Positions 51,617 through 61,295 of a stretch of DNA of 64,000 nt are shown piece after piece. Numbering within the stretch: position 1 is the first letter of the stretch; each line of letters starts with the position of its first letter. The position numbers and the translations under genes are program-made. Source of the DNA: Candidatus Moanibacter sp. (GTDB lineage Bacteria > Verrucomicrobiota > Verrucomicrobiia > Opitutales > UBA2987); assembly GCA_965215885.1 (NCBI GenBank), contig CBDCEW010000083.1:1-64000 (forward strand), written 5' to 3'. Under the pieces are notes generated by a model that saw only the letters and a program-made list of their open reading frames with translations, was not told where the DNA came from and made no database searches.

Positions 51617-52780
51617 ATGGAAACGATAAGCCTGCTCCTTGCGGGAAGCGCCTTCATAATTTGGCTGGTCGTTCTCTGCCTGCCTTGGCAAGCGTGGCGA
51701 ACCAACGAGGTCTTCTCGGTCGAAGGCGATCACAAGGCACGGAATATCGAGGATGTAACCGTACTCATTCCCGCCCGCAACGAGGAAGCGGTTATTGCGC
51801 AGACTATTGATTCGGTTATCAGTCAAGGCGACGGAATTCATGTCATCCTGATTGATGATCAATCAGACGACCGAACTGCCGGCCTCGCTGAATCTCGTGC
51901 CGGGAAGCACCTGACCATCATTGACGGAGCTAACCTGCCCGATGGATGGATCGGCAAACTCTGGGCGCTGCAGCAAGCCTATATGCAGGTAAATACACCG
52001 TTTACGCTTCTTCTTGATGCCGACATCGAACTCGGCGCCGACGTTATTGGCAAGCTGCGCGAGAAGATGAACCACGAAAATCTTCATTTTGTCTCTCTCA
52101 TGGCCGCTCCCCCCATGCAAAGCTTTTGGGAGCAACTTCTGATGCCCGCCTTTGTCTTCTTCTTTAAGCTCCTCTATCCATTCAGTTTGGTGAATTCCAA
52201 GACTTCGAGAGTTGCCGCGGCAGCGGGCGGCTGCGTTCTCGTGAAAACAGAAGTGCTCAAGGATATTGGCGGTTTCGCGTCCATCAGATCCGAACTCATC
52301 GACGATTGCGCCCTTGCTCGGCGCGCCAAATCTATGGGTTATACCATCTGGCTGGGACTCACAAGATCGGTGAGAAGTGCTCGACCCTATCCAAATCTCG
52401 GGGAAATCTGGAACATGGTAGCGCGCACCGCCTATACTCAGCTACATTATTCTCCTGCCCTGCTGTTGCTCTGCACCGCCCTGATGACGGTCGCTTTTAT
52501 CGTTCCGCTCATCATGCTCGCTAACTCCTCCGGGTTCGTTCAACTCCTCGGAGGTGCCGCATTCCTCGGAATGATCGTGTCAAATCTACCGACCCTCAGG
52601 TTCTACAGGCGCTCTCCCCTATGGTCGCTTCTTATGCCCTTGACCGCTTCACTTTATCTCGCCATGACCTGGACTTCGGCCTTACGTTTCTGGGGTGGCA
52701 ATCGCTCCATCTGGAAGGGTAGAATCTACCAGAGAGTTGATAGTCAAAATGCAGACCGATCTATCCGGGAGATTTCGTGA
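51617..52780 (+). CDS. hpnB: Hopene-associated GT2 glycosyltransferase
   Basis: IPARNE, DDQSDD, GWIGKLWA, DADI, IDDC, MVARTAYTQL, WKGR. Confidence 0.85.
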   Translation: METISLLLAGSAFIIWLVVLCLPWQAWRTNEVFSVEGDHKARNIEDVTVLIPARNEEAVIAQTIDSVISQGDGIHVILIDDQSDDRTAGLAESRAGKHLTIIDGANLPDGWIGKLWALQQAYMQVNTPFTLLLDADIELGADVIGKLREKMNHENLHFVSLMAAPPMQSFWEQLLMPAFVFFFKLLYPFSLVNSKTSRVAAAAGGCVLVKTEVLKDIGGFASIRSELIDDCALARRAKSMGYTIWLGLTRSVRSARPYPNLGEIWNMVARTAYTQLHYSPALLLLCTALMTVAFIVPLIMLANSSGFVQLLGGAAFLGMIVSNLPTLRFYRRSPLWSLLMPLTASLYLAMTWTSALRFWGGNRSIWKGRIYQRVDSQNADRSIREIS

Positions 52781-52809
52781 GATTTACCGATTGAACTAAG
52801 CGAATATTT

Positions 52810-53052
52810 TGTGTGTTTAGCGTGATGGCTTTTGGTCTTAAATTACTTGCAAGTCTATTCGAGCTTCGGGGTCATGTCCTTGAGAAGTGGTTGTTTTTCC
52901 GCTTCGCTGAGGGGGTCAGGCCTTGCAAACCGCCCCTCGCACGCTCCGGGCAATTTGCTAAGGCGGCTGACCCCGAAAAATAACGGCTTCTAAGGCTTGA
53001 CCCCTTGCTGGAAACGCCGAATTAATGCAATATCCATCGCGCTAAACACGTA
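52810..53052. mobile_element. 243-bp MITE, copy 1, with an 11-bp target duplication
   Basis: TIR TGTGTGTTTAGCGTGATGG / CCATCGCGCTAAACACGTA; TSD AGCGAATATTT at 52799-52809 and 53053-53063. Confidence 0.88.
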
Positions 53053-53087
53053 AGCGAATATTTTGCTTCCTCTAGTCTCATATCCAT

Positions 53088-53777
53088 ATGCGTTTATCTA
53101 ATACACTCATTCGTCGACCGATAACGGGAGCCGGTATCGCTCGCGCCGGTCTTACTCTTTTGCTCATCGCTAACGTCCTTCCGGCATCCCAACCCGAGGC
53201 GAGACCCCTACCAGAGGCCAATCCCGAACCGAATCCCGAGGATGTAATCGACCACCTTCAGTCAGGCCTCATCGAGACGATGAAAGTGGGTCACGAAATC
53301 CTCTTCCCGGGACGCTACGAGCGGTTGGAACCAATAATTCTGGAGACTCATAAGATTCCTTATCTCGCTCGGCTAACGATCGGCCGACACTGGAGGGAGA
53401 TTGGCGATGAGGAACGTGAGCAGTTTCTCGATACATTCAGCAAGTTCATCATCTCCGCTTACGCGTCACGTTTTAAGAAATTCAAAGGCGAACGCTTCGA
53501 GCCCGTAAACGAACGCGAACTTAGGAAAGGAAGAATCCTTCTCGTTACTGACCTCTACAAAGGCAATGGGGATACCCTGCGGTTCAATTACGTCCTGAGT
53601 CGATTCGACGACAAGTGGCAGATTATCAACGTCATCGTAAAAGGTATTAGCGATGTAGCTCTTAAGCGCGCAGAATTTACTTCGATTATTGAGAGAGATG
53701 GATTCCCGGCCCTTCTCAGCCATATCGAAGAAAAAGTCGAAGAAATACGCAAAACACACGAAGAAGAGGGAACTTGA
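53088..53777 (+). CDS. hpnM: MlaC/Ttg2D-family periplasmic lipid-binding protein (HpnM-like)
   Basis: RLTIGRHWR, YASRF, WQIINV...G.SD..L.RAEF; located in the hopanoid locus. Confidence 0.78.
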   Translation: MRLSNTLIRRPITGAGIARAGLTLLLIANVLPASQPEARPLPEANPEPNPEDVIDHLQSGLIETMKVGHEILFPGRYERLEPIILETHKIPYLARLTIGRHWREIGDEEREQFLDTFSKFIISAYASRFKKFKGERFEPVNERELRKGRILLVTDLYKGNGDTLRFNYVLSRFDDKWQIINVIVKGISDVALKRAEFTSIIERDGFPALLSHIEEKVEEIRKTHEEEGT

Positions 53778-53926
53778 TCCATCCCCAAATCCGGAAATTA
53801 TTCAGATCTCCTGACAAACCCTTCCCTAGCGCAGCCGAGCCGCAACCAAGAAAGAAGAAGAGAACCGCAGATGTACGCAAATACCTGCTAGAAAAACATG
53901 GTTCCGCGGGATTGTAATATAAAGGC

Positions 53927-54751
53927 ATGATGTCCGACAGGCTCTCAGTTCGCACTAAACCCGTTTATCGGAGGCGACGTAAGCTGGTCTACCTCCCCAT
54001 TCTGGCCGCCTTGCTCCTTACCGGCTGCGCTACAACGGAACAGATGCGGACGGATCGCGATCCATGGCAAAATCTCAACCGCCCGATCCACAATCTAAAC
54101 CATGATCTCGATACCGCGCTCTTACGCCCGGTTGCCAAAGCATACATCAAGAATGTCCCGAAACCTTTGCAGCAGGGAATAGCGAATTTCTTCCATAACC
54201 TCGGCGAACCCAATGCCGCGATTAACGACCTGCTTCAGGGTAAGTCTAAAAGCGCCGTCCGGGTCATTCTTCGTTTCATCATGAATTCCACCCTGGGTAT
54301 CGGTGGAATTTTCGATCCCGCCTCAAAAAATGGCTTGAAGCGTCACAAGGAGGATTTTGGACAAACCCTGGCGGTGTGGGGCTTGGGAGAAGGACCCTAC
54401 ATGGTGCTTCCCATAATGGGGCCGACCACTCTCCGTGATATTCCTTCCCGGGTGGTCAGTTCCGCCACCAATCCCTTCACTTACGTCAAGAAGAATAAGA
54501 TAAGAATTCCTATGGGAATTGTCGGCACAATCAATAAACGAGCCGAGATTGAAGGCTCCATAAAGGAAGTCGATCAGTCGGCTATGGACCGTTACATTTT
54601 TGTGAGGGAAGCCTACCGTGATACGCGTCAGTTCAACATCTACGATGGTGACCCGCCTATCGAATTGTTCCTCGGAGACGACATGTTTCTCGACGATGAA
54701 GAATTCCTCGATGAGGACAATGATTCAGGGAACGAGGCCGCTCCGGAATAA
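53927..54751 (+). CDS. mlaA: VacJ/MlaA family lipoprotein
   Basis: Lipobox LTGC, DPW..LNR, NSTLGIGG, EDFGQTL..WG, GPY.VLP. Confidence 0.9.
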   Translation: MMSDRLSVRTKPVYRRRRKLVYLPILAALLLTGCATTEQMRTDRDPWQNLNRPIHNLNHDLDTALLRPVAKAYIKNVPKPLQQGIANFFHNLGEPNAAINDLLQGKSKSAVRVILRFIMNSTLGIGGIFDPASKNGLKRHKEDFGQTLAVWGLGEGPYMVLPIMGPTTLRDIPSRVVSSATNPFTYVKKNKIRIPMGIVGTINKRAEIEGSIKEVDQSAMDRYIFVREAYRDTRQFNIYDGDPPIELFLGDDMFLDDEEFLDEDNDSGNEAAPE

Positions 54752-54922
54752 ATAGAATAGCGAGCCAAGAGCCTATCGGACCAACCGCAAATCAGGAAAC
54801 AACTCCTTACAAGTCTAAATCTGTAATGTCATTGCGAGGAAGAATGACGAAGCAATCCAGAACAGATTTCTAGCCCCCTTTTCGTCAGCAGGTATGCGTG
54901 CCGGACTTTGCCGTCAGGCTCG

Positions 54923-55097
54923 AATGGCACTAACTTAAGGCAAGAATCGCTCGCAACGGTCTTCGTCCTGCTGCGCGAACTGCGCCCAGTCAAGAGCGAG
55001 CTTCCTACGACGAACGTCAGTCTTTGTAAGAAGGCCGCTTGCGGCCGAATCGGGAACTTCGGCGATCACCGTAACGATTCCTTAAGTTAGTGGCGTT
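54923..55097. mobile_element. MITE-like element
   Basis: TIR AATGGCACTAACTTAAGG / CCTTAAGTTAGTGGCGTT enclosing a REP pair; partial copy at 20612-20725. Confidence 0.65.
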
Positions 55098-55262
55098 CCC
55101 ATCAGGCTCCTGTACAAAATCGCTGAGCAATTTCCATTGTCAATATAAGTCCTGGTGATTAGCCTCAGGCTGCAGTTGGGCGGCTAAAACCCCATCAAAG
55201 TTAGTTGGAGAAGGCTTTCTTCCAATTCCATTGAGTCCCCGCTCTGCCGCTCGGCAGAGCGA

Positions 55263-55443
55263 CTAGCCCGGACATTTCACACACTTCGTAGCGAGACTGC
55301 GTAGGTTGCTGCGTATCAAAGCCTTTTCGCAGGACGGCGGGCGAAAGTGTGTTGGAACCCCCTGAGGTCGACGTGCAAGGAAAGGCTTTGAGACGCAGTG
55401 AGATCCGCGGTCGTAGTAGAAGGTTTGCGATATGTTCGGGCTA
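55263..55443. mobile_element. MITE (~176 bp), copy 2
   Basis: CTAGCCCGGACATTTCACA...TGTTCGGGCTA; homologous to 41253-41429. Confidence 0.8.
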
Positions 55444-55537
55444 TGAATATGTCGGTGGACGATCCCCCCGAAATGCACATTCACACCCAAATGACACAAT
55501 ACTTCTGCACATACCGAAACCCAAAACCGACAGATTC

Positions 55538-55930
55538 CTAAAGGTGGCCTAACTCTTCACTCTCCCGCTTTATCGTCTCTGCCTCTTCTCGACGCTCCGA
55601 ATCCTTCTTATTCATCCACGTCTGCCACGATCTCCCATCCGCGGTATCCTTACCCGTGAAAGCGATCGTTCGAATATCGCTGTAGAGTATTTTCAGCGGC
55701 TCATCGCTCCCTCTGATCAGCATCTCCACGCAGGGAGGAGCACCGGAACTGTTACGGTTGTATAGATAGCCTTCCACCGTTTTCCCATCGTCAAGGCCGA
55801 TCGTCACATCTCCCCGGTAATCAAAGGACTCTTCTATCGCTTCGGCCCGCTCCGCTTCATTCCGGGGAACGAACTCCATTCCTTGAAGATCCTTCGAACT
55901 TTTGGGAGTCGTCTTTACTTCAGAGGGCAT
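55538..55930 (-). CDS. Hypothetical protein coupled to hpnH
   Basis: TGATG overlap with the hpnH stop; FDYRGDVT...EGY.YNR...G.D.A.G.SW. Confidence 0.75.
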   Translation of the reverse strand: MPSEVKTTPKSSKDLQGMEFVPRNEAERAEAIEESFDYRGDVTIGLDDGKTVEGYLYNRNSSGAPPCVEMLIRGSDEPLKILYSDIRTIAFTGKDTADGRSWQTWMNKKDSERREEAETIKRESEELGHL

Positions 55931-56967
55931 CAGCTCCCCGACCCGTTGGACCCTCCGAACAGAGCCAGCTTAACGGTGGTGAAAAATCCGCCCAGGGAAC
56001 CGAAGGTTGCATCGACCGCGGAGGCCTCATAGCCACTGTGTACCATACAGTCGGCGCACTTGGGATTGCCGCTCCGATGTCCATAATTGGCCCATTTCGT
56101 CTCCTCCATCAGCTCCTCGAAGGTCCTCGCATAACCGTCCTGCAGAAGATAGCATGGTCTCTGCCAACCGAAGATATTGTAGGTCGGGTTCCCCCACGGC
56201 GTGCAATCGAATTCGATCTTGCCTTGCAGGAACTCGAGAAAGAGCGGTGAGAGATTGAACCTCCAGGTTCGCTTCGGATTCTCCAGAATTGACCGAAACA
56301 GACTCTTCGTGCTCTCGCGGGCGAGAAAGCTATCCTGATCCGGAGCCTTCTCGTAACTGTATCCGGGCGAGAGCATCATCCCTTCCACCCCAAATTCCAT
56401 CATCTCATCAAAGAACGCCCGCACCCGTTCCGGATCAGCGCCTTGGAACAATGTCATGTTGGTTGTTACCCGGAAGCCCCGCTCAATCGCTTCCTTCATT
56501 GCCTTTGTCGCGATCTCAAACACGCCGTCGCGGCAAACCGCAAAGTCGTGTTCCTCCTCCAGTCCATCAAGGTGGACACTGAATGTCAGGTACTTCGACG
56601 GCTTGAAGCGATCCATCTTCTTTGACAGGACCAGGGCGTTCGTGCAGAGGTAGATATACTTCCTGCGTTCAACCAGACCCTCCACGATCTCACCGATTTC
56701 CGGGTGGAGGAGAGGCTCACCCCCCGGGAGGCTCACCATGGGAGCCCCGCACTCTTCCACCGCATCAAAACACTGCTCGGGAGACAGCCGCCGATTCAAA
56801 ATATGCGCGGGGTACTGGATCTTCCCGCAACCGGCACACGCCAGGTTGCAACGGAAGAGTGGCTCCAGCATCAGCACCAGGGGATAGCGCCTACGCCCCC
56901 GCAGCTTCTGCGAAATTACATACGACGCCACTGTCCACGCCTGAGAAACTGGAATCATCGCCTGCAT
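55930..56967 (-). CDS. hpnH: Adenosylhopane-forming radical SAM enzyme
   Basis: [45 protein letters not shown]. Confidence 0.95.
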   Translation of the reverse strand: MQAMIPVSQAWTVASYVISQKLRGRRRYPLVLMLEPLFRCNLACAGCGKIQYPAHILNRRLSPEQCFDAVEECGAPMVSLPGGEPLLHPEIGEIVEGLVERRKYIYLCTNALVLSKKMDRFKPSKYLTFSVHLDGLEEEHDFAVCRDGVFEIATKAMKEAIERGFRVTTNMTLFQGADPERVRAFFDEMMEFGVEGMMLSPGYSYEKAPDQDSFLARESTKSLFRSILENPKRTWRFNLSPLFLEFLQGKIEFDCTPWGNPTYNIFGWQRPCYLLQDGYARTFEELMEETKWANYGHRSGNPKCADCMVHSGYEASAVDATFGSLGGFFTTVKLALFGGSNGSGS

Positions 56968-57172
56968 TATCCGATCAGTCGTCCCGCATTTACTTTAGCG
57001 GGCAAAATACACCGCAGTTAAGCGATGTCAACCGCTCTATCGCAACCCGTTCTTGGCACGCCATAGCCCCCAGGGCGACGGCGGCTCGCGCTATTTCGCC
57101 ACCAATAGACAGGTACCCTCATTGGGAAAAAAGAATTGAACAGAAGAAAACAGAGAGAAAGAGGAAAGAATT

Positions 57173-57784
57173 CTCACGCAACGGTCTTCGACCCGCAAGC
57201 GGGACTACGCCCTGTCATGAAGCCGCAAAGTCGCAAAGGGGAAAGAGGAAGAGAGAACCATTTGAGGTAATACTGCCTGAGGTTTCTGGCAATCCCGTCC
57301 TTCCCGATCTCCCTGTGACCACATCCGTGAGCAATAAATTTCCGAGATCGAATTTCTACAGGAATATTGGGAATACCAGAAAGGGGAAGGGAGCTTTGCT
57401 TTCTCCTCGAGCCGGGATTGGAGTTTGAATCAATCCGCGGTTTTCTCGAATCCGCGGTAAACCCTCACTCTCCCCATCCGTTGCTGTCCTTTCATCTGCT
57501 GCTACACCTCTTCCTTTCGCGTCTTTTCGCGTCTTTATCGGGCAATCCTGCGGGCACCTCCACTCTCCCCATCCGTTGTACATCCTCCATAGCTTTAGCG
57601 TAGGAGGGCCGTCCTTTTCCCGGCTTGCCGGGACTGCCAAATCTCCCTAGTCGCGTCCATCTGCGTTGTCTGCCGTACGGCAGACCGGTTCTCTCCCTTC
57701 CTGTCTTTTCGGCGCCCTATTTGCGTCTTAGCGGCTTCATGACAGGGCGTAGTCCCGCTTGCGGGTCGAAGACCGTTGCGTGAG
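57173..57784. repeat. 54-bp perfect inverted repeat enclosing ~500 bp of repeat-derived DNA
   Basis: 57173-57226 is the exact reverse complement of 57731-57784. Confidence 0.85.
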
Positions 57785-58060
57785 GCTACTCACACTCTCT
57801 CTTCTGGATCCCTGGCTCGCCACAATTCCGCGAAGCGGGTACGCGGGCACCTCAACTTTCCCCATCCGTTGTACATCCTCCATAGCTCTAGCGTAGGAGG
57901 GCCGTCCTTTCATCCGCTACTACACCTCTTCCTTTCGCGTGCTTAGCCGGCACCTCCATTTTCCCCATTCGTTGCCCTCCTTGGCTCGGCGTAGCATGCG
58001 TAGACGGCTCCTTCATTCGTTGCTAAACCTCCCCGATTCGAGCCTTTTTCACGTCTTTCG

Positions 58061-58300
58061 CCCGCTTATTTCACACAATTCAGAAGCGTGGATGGCAAGG
58101 CCCGAGCGAAATTCCGTGCGGGCGCGCACTACTGTGCGTAACCGCGTGGGATTTTCGCGAGAACGCAGCCACGCCGCGCTTGTGGATGTGAGCCTTGGCG
58201 CAAACTCGAACGAATACAGGCTGTATTTAGCCCCGTAATCGCAACGAATTCTTTTTCATCTACTTAACTCCGTTTGCGCCAAAGCGATGAAATATGCGGG
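58061..58300. mobile_element. MITE-like element (240 bp)
   Basis: TIR CCCGCTTATTTCA / TGAAATATGCGGG; internal IR TTGGCGCAAAC / GTTTGCGCCAA. Confidence 0.6.
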
Positions 58301-58312
58301 ACCGCGGCACCC

Positions 58313-58423
58313 TCACCTGTTCAAGAATCGCCCCATCCAAAACATCAGAAAGCCGGCCGTCGTCGAAACCGCTACCGCGATAAAGAAAAATGCAATGACT
58401 TTTGCCACAATTATTCCAACCAT
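58313..58423 (-). CDS. Small hydrophobic membrane peptide (36 aa)
   Basis: MVGIIVAKVIAFFFIAVAVSTTAGFLMFWMGRFLNR; GAAAGGAAG SD upstream. Confidence 0.5.
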   Translation of the reverse strand: MVGIIVAKVIAFFFIAVAVSTTAGFLMFWMGRFLNR

Positions 58424-58600
58424 GATGTCTTCCTTTCCGATCTCGATGCTCAACGCTTGTTCTGGGGTGAATGCGCGCACTTCCTACCCACAAAAATTCC
58501 GCAATCTCCGTTTACGTTGTTGGAGAAGTGATCGCCCCGCTTATTCCGAAAAAATCATTCTGAAATTGCCCACTCAGCGTAGCGGAACGCGGAAGCGTTG

Positions 58601-58843
58601 TACGTGTTTAGCGCGATGGCTTATGGTTTTAAAGTTCTTGCAGATTTATTCGCCGTTCGGGGTCATGACCTTAAGAAGTTGCTGTTTTTCCGCTTCGCTG
58701 AGGGGGTCAGGCCTTACAAACCGCCCTTCGCAGGCTCAGGGCAATTTGTTAAGGCAGCTGACCCCGAAAAACAGACACTTCTAAGGCTTGACCCCTTGCT
58801 TCCAACATCGAACTAAGGCATTTGCCATCACGCTAAACACGTA
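58601..58843. mobile_element. 243-bp MITE, copy 2
   Basis: TACGTGTTTAGCGCGATGG / CCATCACGCTAAACACGTA; same length as and homologous to 52810-53052; imperfect TSD CGGAAGCGTTG / CGGAGCGTTTC. Confidence 0.88.
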
Positions 58844-59399
58844 CGGAGCGTTTCGTTTACACAGAAGAATATTTCACAGAAGGGAACAAAGAGAGAAGAA
58901 GAGAAAACCCTACAGGAAAAAACTGAGGAAAGGGAGGAGGGGAAAGAGCGAGGGTCCTCTTTCGGATCACTTAGGCATGAGGGCGCCAGCCCGAATTGCC
59001 ACCGGTTAATTGTTCGAAGTTTCCGGGCTCATTACGCCAGATGTTAGCAGCGGATGAAAGCACCGCAACGGATAAGGATCAAGGACTCCCTTCCTATTCC
59101 CAATCGCAGTTACTATCGCGAAGCCGAGGACCTCACCCTTTCTCCCCCATCCGTTGCAATTCTTTCATCCGCTGCCATTTCTCTTCTCCCCGAATTGGAA
59201 AGCGATTCGGCTACAATCTTCAACGGTTCCTGCAACTGGACCGCTTTCGGTTCAGCACTCCCTCCGGATAGAGTCCAACCAAACAAGATTTCACAGAAGG
59301 GAACGGAGAGAGATGATGGAGAAGAGGAGGAAAGAGGGTTGAAAGAATTACGGTAGCCGTTCGAAACTACGTTAAATAGGGCGCCGACAATAATGAAGA

Positions 59400-59663
59400 A
59401 TGAACATGGGAAGCAATAAACCAATGAAAGAACAGACACCAAGAACGATGATTGAGCTGGCAGATTCCCTGAAATCGGAAACGAGCAAGGGTTGGTGGTC
59501 GCAGGAATTGCTGGAGCAATACTGCGAGCCGCTAAAGGAACTCTCCAATACCGAACTCGTAACCCTCTTTGAGAAAACCGGGATCGCCAATCCGATCGCG
59601 ATTGAGATGGCCAGGCGGCTCAGAGGTAAACCGTATGGTCTCGTTGAGCCGGAGCGTGAATGA
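59400..59663 (+). CDS. Hypothetical protein
   Basis: 87-aa ORF with protein-like helical composition; no family recognised. Confidence 0.45.
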   Translation: MNMGSNKPMKEQTPRTMIELADSLKSETSKGWWSQELLEQYCEPLKELSNTELVTLFEKTGIANPIAIEMARRLRGKPYGLVEPERE

Positions 59664-59877
59664 AATCGATGTCGGGTTCATTGTTTAGGCCGAAGTTGGG
59701 GATCGTTTGGAGGAAGGTGAAGCCAAGCCAACGTAGCCAGCGGATGTGGAGGGTGTTGCGTGGGTCGGCGACGTTGTAGAGAAGTGGGAAGTCGCCGCCG
59801 TGGAGAGTGTCGACCCAGTCAGATGAATGGCGGAGGAATTTGTATTTGAGGTCGAGGAGAGCGGGTGAATTGCGGAA
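59620..59877 (-). pseudogene. Remnant of a T7-like phage gp13 / GNAT-fold gene
   Basis: Hand translation KFLRHSSDWVD...LLYNVADPRNTLHIRWLRWLGFTF...FG; no start codon. Confidence 0.6.
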
Positions 59878-59957
59878 CTATGCGAATCCGACGAACGAGC
59901 CGACAGAAGAGGTCATTGTCGACCTTTCGCCCAACCTTTACCAACCGAACCAAGCCC

Positions 59958-60938
59958 CTATCCCTCGCTCGCCTCTCCCGCTAGAAAATCCTTGCCCAGC
60001 GCCTGGAAAACGAACTCCGCGTTGCTCCGGGCGTCCTCAGCTTCGTCTTCTGTATAAGGCCGTTCCGCATAAAATGCAGGGGCCCGCTCCTCTGCGAGGG
60101 ATGAAGAGATTTCTTGAATGCGAACCACCGTTTCCGAAGACAGCTTCACGTTCCGCTCCTCGCAGATTTGGTCGAGCAGGGCGGAGGGATCGTGGACTCT
60201 GGGATATTCGTAGCCGTTTTTCTTGATGAACCCCTTTATTGCGAGTTCAACGATCTCATGAGATCGCGGCACAACCAATCGATAGTTTCGCGCACCAAGT
60301 GCTGATGACACATCCTTTTCGAAGATCAGTCGGGCCTCTTCGAATAGAGCGACGGCCGTTTCTTCGCTGTTCATAAAATGACCGCCCCCTTGTGCTTTCC
60401 CATTAGGGTTTAAGTCCCAGTACCACGTGCCGTCTTCGAGAGAGATTCTCTTCGAGCCGAGCTCTTCGAGGCGAATGCACATTTCAGCTTTCAGGTCCGC
60501 GAAAAAGCCATTTCGATCGAAAAGAACGATTCCATCTTCTAGAATATCGAGAAAGACGTACGGTTTCTCCTCTGACTCGGACTTGCTCAAGATCACTGAG
60601 CTTATGTGAGGAAAGGCAAAGATGTCGCCTTTTACTCCTTCTTCACTCCACCCTGCCAAAAAGCGTTTTCGTAGGCCCACAAAACGATCCCGGAATTCGG
60701 TGTGAGAAAGGCAGCTCTCATCATGGATCAAGAGAAGATCGATATCACTCTCTTCCCTTTCCGATCTTCTCGCCACCGAGCCAAATAGCACGACAGAGAC
60801 TATGCCGGAGCCAAATGACTCAAGGAGCAGCGGAACAAAATCTACCAAGAGCTCTTGGTAGGCTGGATTAATGCCGCTCTCTGACAACACGTCCTTGGCC
60901 ATTCTGACAGGTTCAGATTGCACACTATTCAGATTCAT
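59958..60938 (-). CDS. Fused minimal nucleotidyltransferase (MNT) and HEPN domain protein
   Basis: LFGSVAR...SDIDLL (GS-x10-DxD), WYWDL; second half from M at 60374 has ELAIKG, YPRVHD, R..AFY. Confidence 0.85.
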   Translation of the reverse strand: MNLNSVQSEPVRMAKDVLSESGINPAYQELLVDFVPLLLESFGSGIVSVVLFGSVARRSEREESDIDLLLIHDESCLSHTEFRDRFVGLRKRFLAGWSEEGVKGDIFAFPHISSVILSKSESEEKPYVFLDILEDGIVLFDRNGFFADLKAEMCIRLEELGSKRISLEDGTWYWDLNPNGKAQGGGHFMNSEETAVALFEEARLIFEKDVSSALGARNYRLVVPRSHEIVELAIKGFIKKNGYEYPRVHDPSALLDQICEERNVKLSSETVVRIQEISSSLAEERAPAFYAERPYTEDEAEDARSNAEFVFQALGKDFLAGEASEG

Positions 60939-61295
60939 TCACCCTCCCGTGAATGTCAAACCGCCGAAAGGACACGTTTTCTCGAAAAAAAATCTCTCAC
61001 CCGAAAATATAACCTGTTGCTGTTGAAAGAAAATTGATCCGTTCCTCCGAAGAAAAGCCTCGCCTTGAAAATTTTAATGGACCACAGATTGAATTTTTAA
61101 TAAGGAAGGAAGGAAAGCCCTTCGACTACGCTCAGATCAGGCAGGAAATTGCCCATGGACATCCATAAGGCATTGATACTAAACTCGATAGAAGAGAGAC
61201 CACGGATTTCCTAGCGCAGCAAAGGCGCAACCAAAACAAACGCAGGAATAGAAAAGAAACCACGGATGACACGGATTCCACGGATAGAGATTGCT

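Noticed and set aside
57100..59350. Possible CRISPR array in the repeat-dense region
   Set aside because: Repeats vary in length, spacing and orientation; no constant repeat-spacer period and no cas genes
56622..59356. Plus-strand ORFs such as 56622-57428, 57939-58238 and 58287-58784
   Set aside because: They run through repeats or MITEs or lie antisense to hpnH; low-complexity translations
59215..59377. Possible degenerate attC upstream of the 59400 ORF
   Set aside because: Arms do not pair and a repeat interrupts it; not supportable
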